A stretch of DNA of 63,901 bases, the filler included, from Rhizaria sp. SCN 62-66 (Eukaryota), in NCBI GenBank assembly GCA_001724265.1. It is 3 parts of 3 records of this genome, joined end to end, with 100 filler letters (N's around TTAATTAATTAA, not from the genome) between each part and the next. Parts side by side here need not be neighbours in the genome. Positions count along the whole stretch, not along the records: positions 43,476 to 63,901 come from MEDY01000456.1; 2 more parts are not named here. One strand, 5' to 3'. A model generated the notes under the pieces. The model was given only the letters and a program-made list of their open reading frames with translations. It made no database searches and was not told the origin of the DNA. Of this stretch, positions 58,837 through 63,901 are shown piece after piece; position 1 is the first letter of the stretch; each line of letters begins with the position of its first letter. A program made the translations under genes and the position numbers.

Positions 58837-61800
58837 TTAATGTGTTGCGTTGGTGGCCTGCGCGGCCTCGGCGGCCCTGCCCGCGCGCGCCGCCATGGCC
58901 GCGCCAAAGGCGTCCGCGGCCGCGGCCACAGCGGCGTCGCTGGAGCCCGCCAATCCCGCGTGCCACACCGCGACAGCGTCGCTCGCGTGCGGGGAGTCGG
59001 ACGAGGAGGCAGACGAAGATATGGACGCAGTATCGCCTGCGGTGTCGCCGGTGCTGCCGCGGCCCAGGGTCGACGCAGTCTCGAAGCGGACCAGCGCCGC
59101 GTGCGCGCGGTGCGAGGCGGCGGCGGAGGCGACCAGCGCGGCCCACGGGACCGCGCGAGGCCTGCTCTGGCCGCTCTTGCTAGCGTCTGTCCGGCCGGCG
59201 GCCTTGTTGGTGCCCTCGACGGAATCAGCGGCGGCGGCACTGTCAGCTGTCGTTGTCGCTGCTGCTGCCGCTGTTGAGGCTGAGGCTGAGGATGCGTCAG
59301 TGCTCGTGCTCGAGGGCAAGCGCGCGCCGAACTCGTACATCTCGCGGTTAGCCCCGCTGCCGGCGACGGTGAGCCGCTTGCTCGTCCGGAACACCGCCCC
59401 GGTCCCCAGCACCGACGCTTGACTCTGACCCGCGCTCTGGCTGAGGCTGACGGTCTTGGCCTCGCTCTCCGCCCCGCTCTGGCTGGGGGCCCGGCTCACG
59501 CTGTGACTCGCACTCTGGCTCAGGGACAGCGACTGCGTCTGTGAGAGCGACTGTGCTAGCGTGGGCGTGCGCGCGTGCCCGCCGTCCTCGTCCGTCGCCG
59601 GTGGCTTGACCTCCCGCTGCGCCGCGAGCGCGCGCAGGGCCGCGGCGGGCGCCACGTCGTCGTCGTCGTCGCCGAGCGCGCTGAGCAGGTCGCTGTCGTC
59701 CGCGCTCAGCATCTCGCGGCTGCGCGCGCTGGCCGCAAGCGAGTGCGCGCTAGCGTGGCTGTGATGCGCTCCGTTGTGTGGCGCAGGCAGCGCCAGCGTC
59801 TTGGCGCCGCTGCGGCCCTCGGTGGTGGCGGCCAGCACAGTGGTGTTGGTCGCGGTGGCGGCGTTGGTGGCGGACCGGGGCGCGCGCCGGGGCCCGCTCT
59901 GTCCGCGCACTCTGCTGCCGCTACCGCCGCCGACGGCGCCGAAGCCGCCGCTGCTATTAGCGCTCTGCGGCATCGCAGTCAGACTGTACCGCCCGCTGCC
60001 GCCGCCGCTGCCACTGCCTGCGCTCGTGCTGTTGTTGATGTTGGTGTTAGTGCTGCTGCCGTTGCTCCCGGTACCCTTGCTGCCAGAGAGCCCGTGACTG
60101 TGTCCGCGACTGTGCGAGTGGCTCTGCGAGTGGCTCTGCGACGGCGCCAGCGAGTGGCTCTGCGAAAGCGCCGACGGGGACTCGGAGCGAGATTGCGAGC
60201 GAGAGTGCGAGTGCGAGGGCGCGTGCGAGTAACAGCCCTCCAGGTGGTCGATGTGCAGCGGGTACGTCCCGGGACCCAACGAGCGATGGCCGGCCTGCGC
60301 GGCGCTGTCGCCGTCGCCGTCGCCGCTCTGGTCCAGCTCCAGGTCGAACCCGCTGTGGTCGTCATTGTCGTGGTCGTTGTCCTCGTCGAAGCTCTTGTTC
60401 AGCCCGCTGCCGCTTGTGCTATTGTGGGCGCTCGCGTGCGCGTTCTGGGGGCCACGGGCAGCGGCACCGCGCCGCTGGGGCGCCGCCGCACTCTGCTGCT
60501 GCTGCTGCTGCTGTTGAGACTGCACACCGGCGTTAGCAGAGTGACCGTGGGCCCCAGGGTGGCCGTGGCCGTGGCTGTGGTCGTCAACACGAACGACGTC
60601 GTCAGTCTCGTTCAGCTCGGCCATGTCGTCGAAGTCAAGCCGCTGGTCGTCGCCGTCGTCGCCGCCGCCGAAGTTAAGCCGCGCCTCGTCCTCGTTGCCC
60701 GCAGTGACGGAGCGGCGCCGCCCGTGGCCGCTGCTCACAGTCACAGTCATCTTGCCCGCCTTGCCGTGGCCGTGACCGTGGGCGCGGTTGTGACCGGGGC
60801 TGTCGAGCGCGTTGAGTCCGAGACCGTGCAAAGGGTCCTTGTCCGCCTCCGTGTCAGCAAACCGCGACGGGCACACTGCACCGGTGCCCACTTTAGTAGC
60901 ATGATTAGCACTTGTGGTGGTGTTGTTGTTGTTGTTGTGAGGACTCGGGAAGTCGTCGATCGCGTCCAAGTCACCAAACGAGCCGTCCGCGTCATCGCCC
61001 TCGCCGTCAGCACTCGCATGCCCGTGTCCGTGAGCGTGTGCGTGTGCGTTGCGGGGGCGCGCGGCGGCGAGCAGCGCGGCGCCCAGCGCGGGGTCCGGCG
61101 GCGCCGAGATGCGGAAGAGTCCGCCGCGCTGCACCGTGATGCTCACGCCGACGCCAGCAGCCGCGCCCGCAGCAGCACTGGCGCCAGCGGCAGGGGGCTG
61201 CTGGGCGGGGGACGTGATCTTGGAGTTGTTATTCGTGTCGTTGTCGTCGGCGCATTCGTCGTCGCTAGTGAACCCACCGGCACAACCGTCGCTATGGTCG
61301 CCCTCGTCCTTGGTGCTCGCCTCCTTGTTCCCCTTGGAACCCTTGGTACCCTTGCCCTTGCCCTTGGCCTTGCCGTTGCCGTTGCCGCCCGCATCGTCGT
61401 CGTAGAGCGCCGTGGCCGAGAGCGGCGCGTCGGCCAGATCGTCGATGCTGAAGAGGTCGTCGACCGTGTCGTCGGCGGCGTCGTTGACCCAGCGCCCGCG
61501 CACAAACCGAGCCGCCACCGCGCCCGCCGGGTCGAACGGCGGCGACACCGGCACCGCAGAGACCTGCGCTGGCGCTGGCGACACCGGGACCTGCGCCGCC
61601 GGAGCGGGGCTCGACGGCGGCCCTGAACTGACACTGGCCCCTGCGGCACTGACCTCGGCGGCGATGGCGGCGGCCCCGGCGGTAGCGGCGGCGGCGGCGG
61701 TGGCGGCGGCGGCGCGACGGTCTGCTGCGCCGGCGCCGGTGCGCTTGGCAGCCGCGTCCTGGGTGAGGCTCTGAGTCGGGGTAAAGGCCGACGACGTGAG

Positions 61801-62697
61801 GCCCGTCCCCGGAGTTTTACTCACCTTGCCGGTCGCAGCACTCGGGCTTGCAGCAGCCGCAGCTGTGGTGTGAGCCCCGTCGGCGTCGTCGTTATCGCTC
61901 ATATCAGACAGGCCGTCGAGGGCGTCTGCGTCCGCGTACGCACCGGCTGAGCCCGCCAGCTGCTGCTGCTGCTGCTGCTGCGGCGGCGGCTGTGGTAGCT
62001 GATCGTGCTGATTCTGTTGCTTCGTTGCTGTCGGGTCAAAGTCAAAGTCGTCAATCTCACCGTCGACGTTGTCGTCGTGTGCGATGGGAGACACAGGGCT
62101 CAGCGGTCCGGTCCACGACGCCTGCTGCCGCTGCTGCTGCTGTTGTTGCTGCTGTTGCTGTTGCTGATGCGTCACTCGCTGTTGCGTGCCCGTCATGACA
62201 GCTATCCCCGCAGAAGCGCCATGACCGACAACCTTACTCTGAGGGCCGCCGGCGCCACCGCCGCGGGTGGCCGGCGCGTAGATGGCGTGGTGCACGGCCC
62301 GGATGGTTGCGTCGAAGGCCTCGACCGTGGCGGGGGGCGCGCTGCGCACTAGGTCGACCCACTGCAGCACCATCGCCAGCGCCTCGGGCATCGGCAGCGA
62401 CGCAGACGCGGAGCCAGCGGGCGCAGCAGAGGCAAAAGAAGACGCGGAGGTAGACGTTGGCGCGGGCTGCGCTGTGTGGGAAGCGGCTCTCGTTGTCTCT
62501 GTCGCCGAAGGGAGCGGGAAGGACAGACAGGGCAGGTCGGGGCCGTAGCGCGCGGCGGCGGGCGAGAACGCCGCCGTCGACGCCACGAGCGCGTCGCACT
62601 GGTCGCGGAGTGCGGCGATGCGCTTGCGCATGCTCTCCAGCGGCGCGCCAGCGGGCGACCGGTTGTCCGCCTGCGGCTTGCCGGGCGCGGACGACAT
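58837..62697 (-). CDS. Hypothetical ~1286-aa low-complexity, largely disordered protein
   Basis: Long ORF from ATG 62697 (MSSAPGK) to TAA 58837-58839. PolyQ, His/Ser and Asp-rich tracts with recurring D-D-[LF]-D-F-D-like motifs. Confidence 0.78.
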   Translation of the reverse strand: MSSAPGKPQADNRSPAGAPLESMRKRIAALRDQCDALVASTAAFSPAAARYGPDLPCLSFPLPSATETTRAASHTAQPAPTSTSASSFASAAPAGSASASLPMPEALAMVLQWVDLVRSAPPATVEAFDATIRAVHHAIYAPATRGGGAGGPQSKVVGHGASAGIAVMTGTQQRVTHQQQQQQQQQQQQRQQASWTGPLSPVSPIAHDDNVDGEIDDFDFDPTATKQQNQHDQLPQPPPQQQQQQQLAGSAGAYADADALDGLSDMSDNDDADGAHTTAAAAASPSAATGKVSKTPGTGLTSSAFTPTQSLTQDAAAKRTGAGAADRRAAAATAAAAATAGAAAIAAEVSAAGASVSSGPPSSPAPAAQVPVSPAPAQVSAVPVSPPFDPAGAVAARFVRGRWVNDAADDTVDDLFSIDDLADAPLSATALYDDDAGGNGNGKAKGKGKGTKGSKGNKEASTKDEGDHSDGCAGGFTSDDECADDNDTNNNSKITSPAQQPPAAGASAAAGAAAGVGVSITVQRGGLFRISAPPDPALGAALLAAARPRNAHAHAHGHGHASADGEGDDADGSFGDLDAIDDFPSPHNNNNNTTTSANHATKVGTGAVCPSRFADTEADKDPLHGLGLNALDSPGHNRAHGHGHGKAGKMTVTVSSGHGRRRSVTAGNEDEARLNFGGGDDGDDQRLDFDDMAELNETDDVVRVDDHSHGHGHPGAHGHSANAGVQSQQQQQQQQSAAAPQRRGAAARGPQNAHASAHNSTSGSGLNKSFDEDNDHDNDDHSGFDLELDQSGDGDGDSAAQAGHRSLGPGTYPLHIDHLEGCYSHAPSHSHSRSQSRSESPSALSQSHSLAPSQSHSQSHSHSRGHSHGLSGSKGTGSNGSSTNTNINNSTSAGSGSGGGSGRYSLTAMPQSANSSGGFGAVGGGSGSRVRGQSGPRRAPRSATNAATATNTTVLAATTEGRSGAKTLALPAPHNGAHHSHASAHSLAASARSREMLSADDSDLLSALGDDDDDVAPAAALRALAAQREVKPPATDEDGGHARTPTLAQSLSQTQSLSLSQSASHSVSRAPSQSGAESEAKTVSLSQSAGQSQASVLGTGAVFRTSKRLTVAGSGANREMYEFGARLPSSTSTDASSASASTAAAAATTTADSAAAADSVEGTNKAAGRTDASKSGQSRPRAVPWAALVASAAASHRAHAALVRFETASTLGRGSTGDTAGDTASISSSASSSDSPHASDAVAVWHAGLAGSSDAAVAAAADAFGAAMAARAGRAAEAAQATNATH

Positions 62698-63302
62698 AGA
62701 GAGAGTCTTTGGAAGCAGATTCGACGAACGACGTGGCAAGTGTGGCAACGAGCAAAGAAACTGATGTAGATGAGCAAGGTATGCGTGAAATCATATGATG
62801 TAGAGGTATGTGCAATATGATGTGTGATAAGACCGCTTGGCATCCGTCTTATCTGCGAATATGACTGATAGGAAGTGCACAAGGAACGCAACTATGTCCT
62901 ATCAACGGTCGCAAGCAAGTGTGCTTGACTTGAGCTTATTGCAGCCTTGTTCGATTCAAAGAAGAAGCTCAGGAAAAAATAATTTAAAACGTAAATACAT
63001 CATGGACTTTCAGTGGTCTGAGCTGACTCAGCATGCGGTGGAAACGAAGGAGAGGGTCAGTATTCACATGTTTTCCTAAGGCCAACGGCTACTTGAGCAC
63101 ACTGTAGAGAGCGAAAGAGTGTGCTTTTACAACATTTCAATCGATTAAGGATCAAATATGACTCACAAAGCGGACAAGGCGTGTTGTAGAAGATATGACA
63201 AGACGAGAGAAAGTGGAACAAGAAGACAATAAGCGAGGAATGTAGCGGATATGTTGGGAATTAGTTGCTCATATGTATTACTGCAGAACGAAGCCGGATT
63301 GC

Positions 63303-63901
63303 TTACTTCTTCTTGGAGATCTTACGAGTGTAGAACTCGAGCTCAGTGCCCTCGAGGATGTAGCCATCCGCGCGGCCGCACTGGCCGGGGCGGGAGGAGA
63401 TGCAGGCGAGGAGACGGCCAGAGGAGAACTGCTCCTTGAGGTTCTGGCAGAGCTCGATGGAGGCACCAGCCTTGGCAGCCTTCTCAGCAGCACGCTTGGA
63501 GGTGTGGGTGACGGTGGGGACCTCGCCGTTGACCTTCTTGCCGAGGGAGATGCCGTACTTCTTCTCGAAGTGAGCGCGGAAGGGGGCAGCATCGACCTGT
63601 AGTCGCGGACGGACGAAGCAAACGAAGATAAAGAGATAGTAGAGAGAAAGACACGAGGGGCAGGGCAAAGAAAGAGGAGTGCGCAGAGGGAAAGAGATGA
63701 GAGTTGTGAGGGATAATGAACAGGGAGGCGGCGATTATAGCAAATACTAGCTAGAGAATAGGCTGTGTCGTCGTGGTAAAGGCAGCAGAGAGGTGGAAAG
63801 CAACGTACGGAAACGATGGCGTTCTTGACGAGGGTCTTGGTGCGGACGAGCTCGTTGTTGGAGGAGTTGTAGACGGTGTCGAGGATGCGGGTCTTCTGCG
63901 A
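63303..63901 (-). CDS. RPS8: 40S ribosomal protein S8 (eS8), 5'-truncated; exons 63901-63809, 63596-63303
   Basis: [36 protein letters not shown]...[30 protein letters not shown]. Phase-0 intron GTACGT...CAG. Stop TAA. Confidence 0.97.

Noticed and set aside
1-63901. tRNA (especially a CUA-anticodon tRNA), rRNA, CRISPR array or mobile element
   Set aside because: None recognised by eye. The tandem repeats seen are coding trinucleotide or hexanucleotide runs. A tRNAscan-SE or Infernal run is still needed.

Overview
Gene-dense nuclear DNA of a microbial eukaryote. Exons are GC-rich and encode many Ala/Gly/Ser/Gln/Asn low-complexity tracts; introns and intergenic DNA are AT-richer, and most intron donors read GTACG. 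The window is three contigs joined by 100-nt N linkers containing TTAATTAATTAA. About 19 protein-coding genes can be modelled: ubiquitin-RPL40, eIF3m, a giant BTB/BACK/SPRY protein, zuotin/DNAJC2, a triple-KH protein, NOL12/RRP17-like, a bacterial-type acyl-CoA dehydrogenase, a class II HDAC, a TVP15/COPI-associated protein, MUS81, RPS8 and several hypotheticals. The main finding is an apparent non-standard nuclear genetic code in which TAG is a sense codon while TAA and TGA remain stops. Seven in-frame TAGs sit inside five genes spread over all three contigs. Two split MUS81 between conserved domains, two lie within the acyl-CoA dehydrogenase, and one ends an exon whose splice continues in frame. 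Every unambiguous gene end uses TAA or TGA. Contexts such as KQQ*IYEQ and AQAQAQ*VV suggest Gln, but the amino acid is an inference. Family assignments come from recalled motifs, not database searches.
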